From NCBI RefSeq assembly GCF_009914755.1, contig NC_060935.1: 64,000 nt of DNA, one strand, 5' to 3'. The DNA comes from the human T2T-CHM13v2.0 reference genome, Homo sapiens. The position numbers and the translations under genes were made by a program. The number at the start of each line of letters is the position of its first letter. The stretch's first letter is position 1. Below are positions 41,259 to 54,524 of the stretch, piece after piece. The notes below the pieces were generated by a model. It did not search any database. It saw only the letters and a program-made list of their open reading frames with translations, and was not told the origin of the DNA.

Positions 41259-42329
41259 CAACATATTGGTTTTGCCAGTAAGACTGTGAACTTCATCATT
41301 GTTGTTGAACTGCTGGGTCAAAACTCAAATGAGGTGAATTTTGCCTTTAAAGGGATTATTTGCTAAGAACCAACCTTAAATAGTCACAGAAAATCAAATA
41401 TTAGTTGTCAGTATAAGTCGTTCATATATTTAACCATTTAGTTTGAGGCTCTATATTACTTGATTCTTTTTTATTGATACATAATAATTGTACATATTTA
41501 TGGGAATTATTGAGTCTTAAATGAATGTGGTTTTAATCAATGGTTTACCTTTGAATGGTTGTAAATATTGTAGATAATCTTATTGAGAACTGTGCAAACA
41601 TGAAGGTGTGGTATCAAACTTCAGGTTTAAGCTGTTTGAAGCATTATAAACATTCATTTCACAACCAGATTGCTTAAGGATGTTGGCTGTGGTGAGACTC
41701 ACTGGGTTATTTTTTTCAGGAGTGAGCTTTATTAAATCCGCATTCCATTCGGCAGGCATGTGCTGAAAGAGCATTATCATTGGTGTTAATGGACAAATGT
41801 GTTTTTTCATTGTATTTGGGCCTTTTGTATTGTGGTCTTGATATTAAATTAAGTGCACCTAAAGAAAAAAAAATTGAATAAAGCAATTCTACATGTACTA
41901 ATGTGGAATAGCTGCCAAGATACATTAAGTGAAAAAAATCAAAGAGCAAGACAGTGTAATTTTGCATAGTACCATTTTTATTTTGAAAGATTATATTAAT
42001 GCTTGGTATGCGTAAAATAGCTCTGGAAGGATTCAAGAAAGATCTGCTTGGTTACCTCTGAGAAAAGGAGTTAGATGTTGGAAACAGGGGTGGGAGGAAA
42101 ATTGTTTATATTGCATAATGTCTTTTAACGTTTGGATTTTGTGTTGTGGCTAAGGTAGTACCTATTAGAAATAAATAAAATTAGGTAATTTTAAAAATAA
42201 AGAAATGCTGTAAATTTTGACCAAATGTTGCTATTCATTAGTTTTATCTTAAACTCTCCCCATATGATCTCTCCCATACTTCTGGCTTTAAGAATAATCT
42301 CAATGTTGAAACCTTCCATATACATATAT

Positions 42330-43030
42330 GTTTTATATATATGTGTGTGTCTCTTTTGCATTTCAGATTCCTTTAGCTCTTGGGTGCTTGAATTTCTCCA
42401 ACACATTTCAAAAATGGGCAAACATAAAAAATTCATCCTAACTCTTGCCCTTCCTTCACAAACCTTCTTCTCTCCAAGTCTTTCCCCATCTCAGTAAATG
42501 CCGTCACCATCAGCTCTTATGCTCAAGCAAGCTACCTAGGATTTACTCGGAACATTTCCTTTTCTCTCAAATTGCATATCTAATCCATCACTAAGTTCTG
42601 TTATCTATCTCATATCTATAGAGTCTACTCTCATTCCTAACTCTCCCGTGTGCCCATGTGGTCCAAGCCATCATCTCCCCTCTTAGTCTCCACACCTCCT
42701 TTCAAAACCTCCTTCAATGCCATTCCCTCAAAAGTTCTTCTAAAACCATCTGGTTCAAAATAGATCCTCCTATTATTTTTTTCCCTTTATAACTCTTATG
42801 AAATTTACAATTGCGTATTTATATTTGTGGTTATCTACACGTGTTCTTTTCGCTGGATTATAATCTCGATGAGGGCAGGGGCCTGTGTCTATTATTTTCA
42901 TATTCTTATGCCTGCAACCTAGCATAATGCCTGGCATATGGAATATGATTTGTAAATTACTCTCAGATGAATGGATAAGTTAAAAACGGCTCTTACCATG
43001 TACGAGGCATTGTGCTAGAGACATTAGTTA
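42330..43030. mobile_element. L2 fragments
   Basis: TCTTTCCCCATCTCAGTAAATG, CCAAGCCATCATCTC, CCTAGCATAATGCCTGGCATATG motifs. Confidence 0.55.
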
Positions 43031-43590
43031 TGGATGATAAACCAATGTTAGAATCGTCATTTGCCAATGGGCATTTACATCCAGGCACAGGCAGATACAA
43101 AATGAGTACAAGAGTATATTTTACCATGTGAATAGGGTAGATATGAGGAAGTTTGCTTGCTAGGTCAGGGGAGGGACCTGCACTGAGGGAATTTATAAGT
43201 AAAAGGAAAAGATGAAAAACAAGTCTGATTTCCTCACCCTGTAAAATGAGATGTGCAAACAAGGCAATTTGCTATGATTATAGGATTCCCTTCACAGTTT
43301 TTCCTAGAGCCTGCTCTACAATGTCACAACCCCTCTAGATTTTTTGCCTTAGGTATGTCAGGACACATAAAATGTCTAGGTGGTAGAAATAAGCATCCTG
43401 TTTGCAGGGCTCATGAGGAGGGCAAGTGGTAGATTCTCTGCAGTTCTGGAACCCATTGTGAACCCCAAGCCATGGAGACTCTAGTCTACTGGCTGAGCAT
43501 GCTCAGCCCATAAAGTGCCCAAATTATGAGAACAACTTGCCCTTGAAACAAACAAACACAACAATAAGATAAAATAACTGACAAATCGTC

Positions 43591-43596
43591 TTTATT
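43591..43596 (-). terminator. MMP3: MMP3 polyadenylation signal AATAAA
   Basis: TTTATT on + strand ~300 nt past the stop, followed on the minus strand by GU/U-rich sequence. Confidence 0.85.
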
Positions 43597-43894
43597 AAAT
43601 AAGCAAATAGTCTACACAGATACAGTCACTTGTCTGTTGCACACGAGTGCTTCCCCTTCTCTTGGGAAAGATCACTCTATGTGACAAGGTGCAAGCTAAG
43701 CAGCAGCCCATTTGAATGCCCTGTAATAACATAAAAATGACCGGCAAGATACAGATTCACGCTCAAGTTCCCTTGAGTGTGACTCGAGTCACAGCACAGG
43801 CAGGAGAAAACGAACATTTCAATTCACAGAGACTTAGGTGAAGAATTATTAGCTTCATTTAAAGTGCCCATATTGTGCCTTCTACATATCTCTT

Positions 43895-43995
43895 TCAACA
43901 ATTAAGCCAGCTGTTACTCTTCAAAGTGTGTGTCACTTTCTTTGCATTTGGGTCAAACTCCAACTGTGAAGATCCAGTAAAGAAATAAAAGAACC
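43895..43995 (-). CDS. MMP3: MMP3 exon 10 coding part
   Basis: FFYFFTGSSQLEFDPNAKKVTHTLKSNSWLNC*, TGA at 43897-43895. Confidence 0.96.
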
Positions 43996-45066
43996 CTGCA
44001 AATACAGACAAGGGAAATAGTAAGATATTTTTCCAAATAAAGACATTTGACAATATACAAAACTCAGAATCATAGAGAACTAAAAATAGAAAGTGTTTAT
44101 AGAGCTTTACTTTATGTCAGGGACTATGCCAAGCTTGTTACATGAATTTATTTTCATTTATTTCTGCAACAACCCTATGAGGTTGTATGTCTAACTCCAT
44201 TTACAGATTGAGCAAGTTGAGGTTGAGACAGATTTCGATGCTTCCTCAAGGTTACTCAGCAAGGAAGAATGGAGACAGCACTCGGTGCCAGCTCTGTCTG
44301 AAAACACAGCCAGATTCCAGGTTACAGGGTTATTCTGCTTCCGATCAGATAAATTCTCCACTTGCTTGGAAACTCTCATCACCTATTTCTTTCTTCCCCA
44401 AAAATCCTCCTCCCTTTTCCCTGCATTGCAGCCTAGGAAGCACAGCAACTATTTCAAAACACCAGGGGACCCTTTAGTGCTCTGCAAACATGGTGATCAG
44501 GTTACCTTTCAATAAAGATCATCAGCCTCCACTTCCTTACCTTGAGTAGAAAACAAAATCTTTTTTTTTTTTTAAACTTTGGGCACATGGAAAGGTAAGT
44601 ATTTGCAAATGACTGGCATGGGCAATGACTGACAACTCAGGAAAGACAGACAAAAAATCTCCCTGGGAATTAGTAGCAGCAATAAGATAGGGTGGAGGAG
44701 AAGGCCAGCTAACCAACATTAAACCTGGCCACACCACTTGATGGGATTTTTATGCTAACATGGTAATCTGAAAGTCGAGCTTGACTCCACATGTTAGCTC
44801 GAGATGTAAGTGACACTGGAGCACTTTGATTTTATATGCATGTATAAGATAAAGTAGCGAGATTTGTGTAATTATCTTTATGGTTCCAAACAAGTTATTT
44901 TGTGAAGTAGTTCTATAATGAGTACAAATGTAGGCGAATCAAAATTTTGAGAAGGGAACTGGCCCTAAGAAACACTTGTTATTAAAAAGTTTCAATGCTC
45001 CTCTTCCCTCTGATATCATAAAATGTTTCAAGTGCTCTATGGCCAACACAGTAAGTATCCTCTTAC

Positions 45067-45170
45067 CAAATTCTTCAAAAACAGCATCAATCTTTGAGTC
45101 AATCCCTGGAAAGTCTTCAGCTATTTGCTTGGGAAAGCCTGGCTCCATGGAATTTCTCTTCTCATCAAAT
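45067..45170 (-). CDS. MMP3: MMP3 exon 9
   Basis: FDEKRNSMEPGFPKQIAEDFPGIDSKIDAVFEEFG; AG/GT boundaries. Confidence 0.96.
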
Positions 45171-46319
45171 CTGTACCAAGTAAAAGAAACAGCTCAGCAT
45201 TGCATAGAGGCCATGTTACCGAACATCTTAGATCATGTTAGGTTTAATGTGGAATTTTACTAAACTTTATAAATACTGCAAATAAATGCCAAGCATATTT
45301 GGGACTATAGAAATATGTGACTTTAATGGTACTGTAAAGAGTTCTGAAAGCCATATCTCCATCCGGAACAGGGGCCGCATCCTGCTGTATGTAGCACATG
45401 CTGTTTGTCATCATATTTCTTAAGCCTGGACAGAAAGAACCTTAATCATCTTTCTGTCACAAAGACATGAAAGTGTGAACATATATATAAAGTGAATTGA
45501 ATCAACATCTAAAATGCAATTTTAATTCCCTACCACAATTGGCCCATATATGCCTGCTGTCCCCTCCCCTGCACATCTAAATCTTCTCTGGTGGCCTCCT
45601 GGGAAAAGGGATTAGGATAAGAAGCAAAGCACAGTAAGTGTGTTTTTAGCCCATTGGCTGGATATCAGATGGTCGGCCTCGATGTCTCAAAGTCTGGCCA
45701 AATGACCCAGGAATCAACCTGTCTGTGAGTGTTGGGTTGTATCCATAAACTGGACTGCTATTGATCATCATCTCTTAAATGAGCCATCATTATCAGGTAG
45801 AGGTGACAAGTGGGTGAGGTTAGAGGTAGCCCTTGAAAATCATATAGTAGTGTTAGGAAGACAAAACAAACACACAATGAGACAGTGACAAACACACAGT
45901 GAGACAGTGAGCCAAACTAAAAGACAATGGGAAGGGAACGCTAAATTGCGGTCTGGGTTCTCAGAACATTTTCCCAATGGGTCTAAAGTCCACGAGGGAA
46001 AGCTGCATGGAGGTGATGAGACTTGAGCCAGGACTTGAAGGATGGGCAAGATTTGAATAGGTTGAGGAGAGAAGAGGGGGCTCCAGGCAGGTGGGGTGAC
46101 AGCACCAAGGGAAGCACCAGCCAACTGCACTTGGGACTGAAAGCAGGAGAGCCTAAGGTGCTGCTGTTTTAAAGTAAGAACTTTCCCACAGTTGTCTGAA
46201 GTCCCATCCTTCCTACTAAGAGAGAAGCAGGCCTAAGGTTGGGGTGGGGGATTTCCTTAGTAAAAGAAACTAATTTCCCTAATTAGGCTCCATACAAAGT
46301 CATTTCTCTTGCATCTCAC

Positions 46320-46479
46320 CTCCAGTATTTGTCCTCTACAAAGAAATATGTTTTGTTCTTTTCCTTATCAGAAATGGCTGCATCGATTTTCCTCACGGTT
46401 GGAGGGAAACCTAGGGTGTGGATGCCTCTTGGGTATCCAGCTCGTACCTCATTTCCTCTGATAGCCCAGAATTGATTTC
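46320..46479 (-). CDS. MMP3: MMP3 exon 8
   Basis: NQFWAIRGNEVRAGYPRGIHTLGFPPTVRKIDAAISDKEKNKTYFFVEDKYWR. Confidence 0.96.
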
Positions 46480-46878
46480 CTGTTAAATATAAATAATTCA
46501 GAGTCATATTGAATTATAACAGTTAAGCCCTTTCGCTTTAGAAATACACTTTAGCATCTTTGATTTTCATGGTAAAGTAGTAGCCCAAATTTTAGATTTA
46601 GTCACCAGCTTACAGTGGGCTTTTCACAAAAATTTGCAGACTGAATGAATGAACTAAGGTCAAATGAGAGAATTTACAACTCTGGGTAATTTATCTTCTT
46701 GTCTTTATTTTTATCATCTATGAAATATAAATACAATGATATCAGCCCTGGTTATTTCTTCATTACCGTTGACTACTGTATTAGCCAGAACTTGTAGTAG
46801 GGAAAATTAAAGTGTTGTTCAATTTCTTATGAGAGGGTTTACTTTGGCAAGTTAAACAAATGATGATATAGTAATTAC

Positions 46879-47012
46879 CTTTAAAAATGAAAACGAGGTC
46901 CTTGCTAGTAACTTCATATGCGGCATCCACGCCTGAAGGAAGAGATGGCCAAAATGAAGAGATCAAATGCAATTCAGGTTCAAGCTTCCTGAGGGATTTG
47001 CGCCAAAAGTGC
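46879..47012 (-). CDS. MMP3: MMP3 exon 7
   Basis: HFWRKSLRKLEPELHLISSFWPSLPSGVDAAYEVTSKDLVFIFKG. Confidence 0.96.
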
Positions 47013-47876
47013 CTAAAATATATGTAAAAAGAAATGTAAATTGAAAAACAATCTTTCACCTTTAGAATATTTTCCTCACCGTCTTGCCTCACCCAGCTTC
47101 CCCCATTCTCTCATCTTCTAGGCTGGATGACAGATAGAAATCAGGTATATTGCCATTAGAAAATTTCTTTCCTTTTTCTTCAGAAGACTGTAGTGAGTCT
47201 CCCGTCATAGGTTTCCAGAGTAATGTCTTCTATGAAAGAAAAATTATTCTATCGTGCAAATGAATTAGCCCAGCATAAGCTTTAATTACCTGCAATGTAT
47301 GCAAAACAGTGCGTGTGCTATACCCTCTTCCAAAAGCTAGGCCGTGTTTGTATACGTGTATGTGCTGTGTAAATATATTCTTGTATGTGTGTAGAAAGAT
47401 TCTGGAAGGATGCACAAAAAGTCTTGACTCTGGATGAGTACAGGGAGAACTGGGAACTAAAATTTTTAATTTGCTTCTCATTTGTGCTCTTTGAATGTTT
47501 GTCATGTGCATATTGATCCATCAGTAAGTAAATTACTTGATTAAATGTAATGTTGATCCTGATGTCATTTTTAAAGGAAGTAAAAATAAAATTATTATTC
47601 GAAAGATCTACTCATGCCTTTTGAAAAGTAACTGTGACTTAAGACATTTGGAAACAGCAATTAGAAGCTAAGAACCAGATCAGCCTGTGCCTTCAAAAAT
47701 GAACCTGACAATTTTAGGAAAATGTGGGAAAAGGCAGCACCAGATCTAAATGATTCCAAGCTCAGAAGAAACGTTTTTGTTTTAAATGTCTAAGAATCTC
47801 TATCAAGTTTCTGCGTGTTTTCCTTTCTAAACATTGTAGATTAAAATGGTAGGAAAATATAATTTTTCAGCCTGAC

Positions 47877-48021
47877 CTGTCTTTAAAGATCAGGATTTCT
47901 CCCCTCAGAGTGCTGACAGCATCAAAGGACAAAGCAGGATCACAGTTGGCTGGCGTCCCAGGTTCTGGAGGGACAGGTTCCGTGGGTACCAGGGGGGTCT
48001 CAGGGGAGTCAGGGGGAGGTC
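47877..48021 (-). CDS. MMP3: MMP3 exon 6 (proline-rich hinge)
   Basis: [48 protein letters not shown]. Confidence 0.96.
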
Positions 48022-48192
48022 CTAAAGGGAACATTAGGGGAAATGTGATACGTTTCAATATATGCCCATTTGTATGCTTTCCAAACATTCTCACGGTGCT
48101 TTGAACTAAATCATAAATACTTTATGTAGCATTTGAAAGCTCTTCTGAAGACCATCATTGCAAAACTACAATGGCTGATTTTCCCAGTGTCA

Positions 48193-48366
<174 letters not shown>

Positions 48367-49920
48367 TTAAGAAATTGAGAACAATAGTTACTTATTTTTT
48401 AAATACATGTGCATTACACAGGTCTGCTGTGCATTGTATTGGTTTTTACTTCTTGGAACCACACAGGGCTTTTTACACCTTGTTTGTTGGTTAATTGAAC
48501 AATTGACTAATTACACACTTAATGGAAAGCTAAGTGTATTTTAAAACTCATACCTGTAATCAATCTTTGAGATTGATTTCCCAGTTACATCCACTTGCCC
48601 CCCATGGCCCCAAACCCACCCCCAGCCTCACAAGCATATTAACTCCAGAAGAACCAGATCCCTTTTCTTGTACTCAGGAATGGAATGAACCCACTTGCTT
48701 AGCATATCAGATATTTACCTTCATTTGTCAATGCAAAGCTAAACACTGTTTTAATATATTTACATTTGCCATTTGCAGTCTCAGTTAAAGGAAACTATAT
48801 TCATGTTAATTGATAATGTCTCAGCCTCATCATCATGAAGTACATATTGAGACTAAAAACATGAATAATGATAGATGTCATAGGATTTGCAAAATTGGTT
48901 TAAAACACAGTATGCCCAATCATGTCTAGCATTTGTCACACAACAGATTTAGAATACATAAACACTGGCTTTATTCAAAATTTTTTCCTTCATATTTTTA
49001 AAAACACCCATAATGCTAAAATTGGGAGGCATTGGGTAATTATGATCAATATAGTAAGTAAATCTACCTTACTTTTGCTAGTATTACTTGTGTAACTTGT
49101 GATGCTAGGAACAATCTCATTTGAGAGTTTGCAGGAAGGTTTCTTTACAAGAATTCGTTAACTCAACCAATCAAGAATTCTATCCAGGACTAAACTCACA
49201 TTTGTACGTCCTACAGAGGTTTACATTTTCATTATAAATCCCAGTTAAACCTCAGACATAGTATTAATTGTTTTCCTATTTTTTTAGAAGTAGTGTTAAT
49301 TGTTTTAGCTGATTTTTTTGAAAACTTTGGATGTCATTCCCCAAAACATACAGTTATGAACTGAGAAACATTCTTCTACCTAAACAGTTTGAACGTTGTA
49401 TTTGGGAGTTAGTCTTTTCCTTCAGAACAAGCCCATAAAAATTCTTTTAACCTAAAAGTACTAAAATAATGCCTCAGCCAGAAAAAAAAAAAAAAGAGAA
49501 TCTCAGTTTCTGAAATTTAATTCTTATTTCTGGTTTGAAGAGTAAAGAAGTAAATGGAGGAAATTACATAAGTAACATCCAGAGCACATTTTAATGTAGA
49601 TTCAGTGCAATATACTATCCCTTGAATGTTTGTATTTTGATATGAGAAATTTTTCTTAATAATGGTTACCCCTAGATCACAAAGATCCAGTCATTAAAGA
49701 AATACTTAATGATATTTCCTATATTGTGCTTACCAATATAGGAAAACTGTTAAAGCATCTGAAAATATTTTCAATAATAATTAAAACAAAAATATATTCT
49801 GCTGATCTCTGATCCACTGGAAAATCCAGAACATCTCATTTCTTGAGCATTCTTGGTTATTAACAGATTTCTACATATAAAAAAATTAATGCCAAAATCA
49901 TTCTGAGAGATGTGTAACTA

Positions 49921-50064
<144 letters not shown>

Positions 50065-50199
50065 TTATTGGAAAGATATGTAACAAGGATCCCTTTTGAG
50101 CCTTTTCCAGTACAACAACACCAGATAGATGAATGGATACATTTCATGTGTTTTTTGTTTTGTTTTGTTTTGCTTTTTTTTTTTTTTTTTTTTTTTTAC

Positions 50200-50348
50200 C
50201 TCTAACTGCAAAAGAGATCATTATATCAGCCTCTCCTTCATACAGCCTGGAGAATGTGAGTGGAGTCACCTCTTCCCAGACTTTCAGAGCTTTCTCAACA
50301 GCAGAATCAACAGCATCTTTTGGCAAATCTGGTGTATAATTCACAATC
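50200..50348 (-). CDS. MMP3: MMP3 exon 3
   Basis: IVNYTPDLPKDAVDSAVEKALKVWEEVTPLTFSRLYEGEADIMISFAVR. Confidence 0.96.
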
Positions 50349-50440
50349 CTGTAGGAGAAAAATTGAAGCAGATGCTATTTTCTCCTATGATATAGTTTAT
50401 AAAATTCCAATCTTATGTGAAAACCCCTCTGAACCATTAC

Positions 50441-50685
50441 CTGTATGTAAGGTGGGTTTTCCTCCACTTCGGGATGCCAGGAAAGGTTCTGAAGTGACCA
50501 ACATCAGGAACTCCACACCTGGGCTTGCGCATCACCTCCAGAGTGTCGGAGTCCAGCTTCCCCGTCACCTCCAATCCAAGGAACTTCTGCATTTCTCGGA
50601 TTTTTTTAACAACAGGACCACTGTCCTTTCTCCTAACAAACTGTTTCACATCTTTTTTGAGGTCGTAGTAGTTTTCTAGATATTT
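50441..50685 (-). CDS. MMP3: MMP3 exon 2 (propeptide, cysteine switch)
   Basis: [82 protein letters not shown]. Confidence 0.97.
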
Positions 50686-51210
50686 CTAACAGAATAAGTA
50701 TAGTTTTTAGGTCACTCTTACAATTTTTACTATAGCTATCTATTTATAGTAAGTTTTTGCAGTTGCTCACTTCTTAATCTATTTGGAGTATTTCTCTAGC
50801 TTGCTGAAATAATGGCAAATTTTATAATATGATACTAGCAACACAAATATTTAGCTAAAATTACGTTGCATTAAAAAAAAAACTGAAGCTGTTCCAAAGC
50901 AAGATATGGTTCATCCACTCTCCACTTGTTACTCATGTGCCTTAAGCCCCAGTGCTGCTACTGCTATGGTGTTGTGTGATCTTAAGAAAACACCTAATAT
51001 TTCTGGCCTTTGTTTCTTCCTACATAAGAGGAGAAGCCCAAATGGTGTGATAATGAGACCTTTTCCACTTCCAACACTCTATAACTCTCTATTCTTGAAC
51101 TGTTCCTACACAGTAAGCTCAAGCATTCTATGTGGGTTTTAAGACACACAGAATGGTTTCAGCTTACTCTGGAAGCTCCCCACCTGGCCAGGTCAGTTAG
51201 TGTTAATTAC

Positions 51211-51315
51211 CTGAACAAGGTTCATGCTGGTGTCCTCACCCCTTGCAGCTCCATCCAATGGATAGGCTGAGCAAACTGCCACGCACAGCAACAGTAGGAT
51301 TGGAAGACTCTTCAT
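51211..51315 (-). CDS. MMP3: MMP3 exon 1 coding part (signal peptide)
   Basis: ATG at 51315-51313; MKSLPILLLLCVAVCSAYPLDGAARGEDTSMNLVQ; donor CAG|GTAATT. Confidence 0.97.
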
Positions 51316-51400
51316 TTCCACTGGCTTTACTTAGCTCTATGTTGTCTCTATGCCTTGCTGTCTTGCCTGCCTCCTTGTAGGTCCAACCTCGGGAGCGCAG

Positions 51401-51594
51401 CTTTTAAAGAGTGACAGTGTTTGTTTGGATCACCCGCAGCTTGACTCATCCTTGCTTTCATCCAAATGGCAGCAGGACCATTTCCAAACATTCCAAATTC
51501 AAAGTAGGATGATACAACCTACTTTACTAATTTCTCTCAACCTTCCCAATTTTGCAAGGCAACACAGTGATTAATCTCCAGGAAGTGCTTCCTG
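51401..51594 (-). promoter_or_regulatory. MMP3: MMP3 proximal promoter: TATA-like TTTAAAAG (51401-51408), AP-1 TGAGTCA (51442-51448), TTAATCA (51568-51574), head-to-head ETS palindrome CAGGAAGTGCTTCCTG (51579-51594)
   Basis: Motifs seen directly; the inverted GGAA pair with 4-bp spacer is the known stromelysin-1 ETS1 dimer site. Confidence 0.9.
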
Positions 51595-52799
51595 TCTTGG
51601 TAGAGGAGAAAACTGGAGCATTTTTTTTCTTCTGGAAAAATTGACTGGAATTCACTAGACAATTTATGTTTGTCCTTTTGAGAGAAGAAGTAGGTTGACT
51701 TGGTAAAAATCAGAATTGTGCAGAACTTCTAAAAGCAGTTTTATTTTAAGAAACACATTATAAAAGCAAATAAAAGATGTAAGTGGAAAGTGTACATACA
51801 TAGCTATAGTCTATACTATATACAATTATACTCAAAACATAAAAGATAATATCTAGAAGAAATTTAGAAGGGGTGATTTATTTTTCTGAATCTGATTTGT
51901 AATGCCTGCTATTGACTGTCGTTGGATTTGCTGGTTCTTGAGGAGGAAAACCTCATGGGCAGAATAGAACAAAGAGGGTCTGTGAAAAAGAAGGAAGTAT
52001 ATTCCCTTTGGGTTGGTTTTAATTCTGTAACCAATTTATTAATGGGTGATGGGCCCACGTAGCTGCTCCATAAATAGTTGTAGAATTGAAATGAATTACA
52101 TTGCTTACCGGACTGAAATTCTCTCTGTCCTTGTCTTCTACACATGTCTTATTCTCTTTCAACCTTTTCCCCTCCTCCCTAAATTCAAATTAGCAGATGC
52201 TTTGAAGTTGAAGAACAGAATCCATCCTAAATTTTCTCTTCATGCTCTTCTGTTTTCTTCCTTTCCTTTCTTTTCTGTTTCTTTGTCAAGTAAAGTGTTG
52301 CTCACATTATTGGTGTATAATAAATGCTTGAATGCAAGACTCTAAACATATTCAGAGGAAGACATTTTGTAAAACTTTTATAGTCCTCTTGCCACCTGCC
52401 ACCATCCATCTCCTCAATGCTTCCCTGATCACCACATTTTGTTTGTTCTTTCTTTCTTTGCTGACTTGCTTATTTGTTTGCTAAAGGGAAGAACATCTTG
52501 GGAGTAAGAACTCAGTAGAATGATGGATACAAATGTGCATTTATTAGACCTTTAATAAGTGCCCATTTTGCTTCCTCTCATTTATAACTCTTTTGCATTT
52601 TCTTCTTTGCTTTATTTTTTGTGTGTTTCTTAATAAACATTGGAGAGATTTTACCCAATAAGTTTAAAGGGATTTCTCTGTGGCAATAAGATCCCTATGA
52701 CTGAAGATGCCCACACAGTTGATAGCCACTTGGCAGGGGGCTATACATCACATTTAAGCCTTCATTTTTAGACTAGATTATGTCTAAAGACTTTTTCAA

Positions 52800-52932
52800 A
52801 TTTTATTTAAAAAATAGAGACAGAGGTTTCACTATGTTGCCCAGGCTGGTTTCGAGCTCTGGGCTCAAGTGATTCTCCTGCCTCAACCTCTCAAAGTGCT
52901 AGGATTACAGACATGGGTCACGGCACCTGGCC
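52800..52932 (-). mobile_element. FLAM / Alu left-arm monomer
   Basis: Single reverse left arm; flanking duplication TAAAGAC(T/A)TTTT. Confidence 0.8.
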
Positions 52933-52979
52933 TAAAGACATTTTAAAACTAGTATTCTATGGTTCTCCATTCCTTTGAT

Positions 52980-52990
52980 GGGGGGAAAAA
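52980..52990. promoter_or_regulatory. MMP3: MMP3 5A/6A promoter polymorphism, 5A allele
   Basis: GATGGGGGG AAAAA CCATG: A-run 52986-52990, ~1.6 kb upstream of the TSS. Confidence 0.85.
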
Positions 52991-54524
52991 CCATGTCTTG
53001 TCCTGATTGAAATACAGGGAAAATATTTGGCCACATTGATATGAGGACAAGGAGAACAGAGTGGTGGCAGTGATGTGAATTCCAGGAAGAAACAGTGGAG
53101 CCCAACAGATAAAATATTGAGAGGTTAAAAGTGTAGAAGCTGTGGCAGCTCTAATTCCTTCTATATTAAGGTTTATCCTTTGTAAATTTTCTCTGGAGTT
53201 ATAACTTATAAAACATATTTAAAGTTTAGAGGAAAGCCTGATAGATAATATGTTTGCTTTTCCAACTGTTAAGATGTGATTGGCAAAATGGGCCATGCTG
53301 TTCCTGAACTAAATACAAAAGTTTGCTATATTTTAAAACAGCTTCGACGACTTCCCTGAAAGATGTTTCCCAAGTCCCAGGAAGAGTCATTAATCATTGT
53401 TCAATGGTACCTTGTACCTGCCTCTGCTACTCTATTTTCCACACTGAACTGTAGTGAAATGGTTTATCTGTCTCTCTCATTCTAATGTAAGCTACTTGAG
53501 GGTATGGACCATGCCTCATTTGATTCTGTATTCCTAGTACTTAGCATGGTATCTGATATATAGTAGGTAACCAAAAATTACTTAGAGAACTAAATAATAT
53601 ATTAGTTATGAGTGAAAGGCTCATAGCAAATGTCAAACAGGTAAATTAAAAGTCAAAAAATCCAAAAATCATGCAGACATTTCTAGATTTGCAGATTCTA
53701 CATGTCATATATACTAAATACTCTAAAAACTAAATTTTTTAGAAGTTGTATTTCCACAAGAAAAGATCAAGCTATCATCTAAAATCTCTCTAATATATAA
53801 TTGAAGTCCTCATTCATATGTCTGCAGAACACTCAAACTAATCTTGTAGAACCAGAAGTTTTCTAACCGTGCATGAGACAGTCAAATTGCATTTTGTAGA
53901 GTATGTTTTAAAAATCAATGCAGTAATGAGAAGGAATAGGTAAAATTAAAGAGCAACTGAGTGTAAGAAGGAACGGAGGGAGAAGGAGGGAGAAGAGAAA
54001 GGGGGAGGAAGATGAGGAGAGGGGAGGAGGAGAGCAAACACTCCAGGTGTAGAGGGAGGAACTGAATACTAGCGGAAAAAAAGTGGGCATTTCCAGCAAG
54101 AAATCAAAATGACTGTTCCACAGAACAATCATTTGTTATATGGTTAAATAAATACAAGGGTCAGATAATGGCTAGTTTTATAAATCTGACCTCCCAGGGA
54201 TCAGCGGCTTAGAATTAAATTTACATTCAATCTAATCCTTGGATTTAAAAACTGGCAGTGATCCCAGGTAACATTCTATCTCGTAACTTTTCACATTTGT
54301 CTTCCTATTTGTCACACTTCTCCATGACTAATCAGACATGATTGTGCAGGATCCTTGCTACCTCTAGCTGATAACTGATATAATCATTATTTCAGCTATA
54401 CATTCATTTATCAAGTATCTGAGTCTCAAGGGCTTCAGAATACCCAAACTAAGAGTATAGATTTGGAGATAAAGTTTAGAAAATTTTAGTAAAAAAAAAA
54501 AAGTGAACAAACTAGCTGTTTAAA

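Noticed and set aside
50144-50199. Poly-lysine tail on ORF 50144..50344
   Set aside because: Read-through of the exon 3 donor into the intronic A-run; not part of MMP3 protein
50260-50679. 139-aa + strand ORF (and 103-aa ORF 5088..5399)
   Set aside because: Antisense shadow ORFs of MMP3/MMP1 exons 2-3
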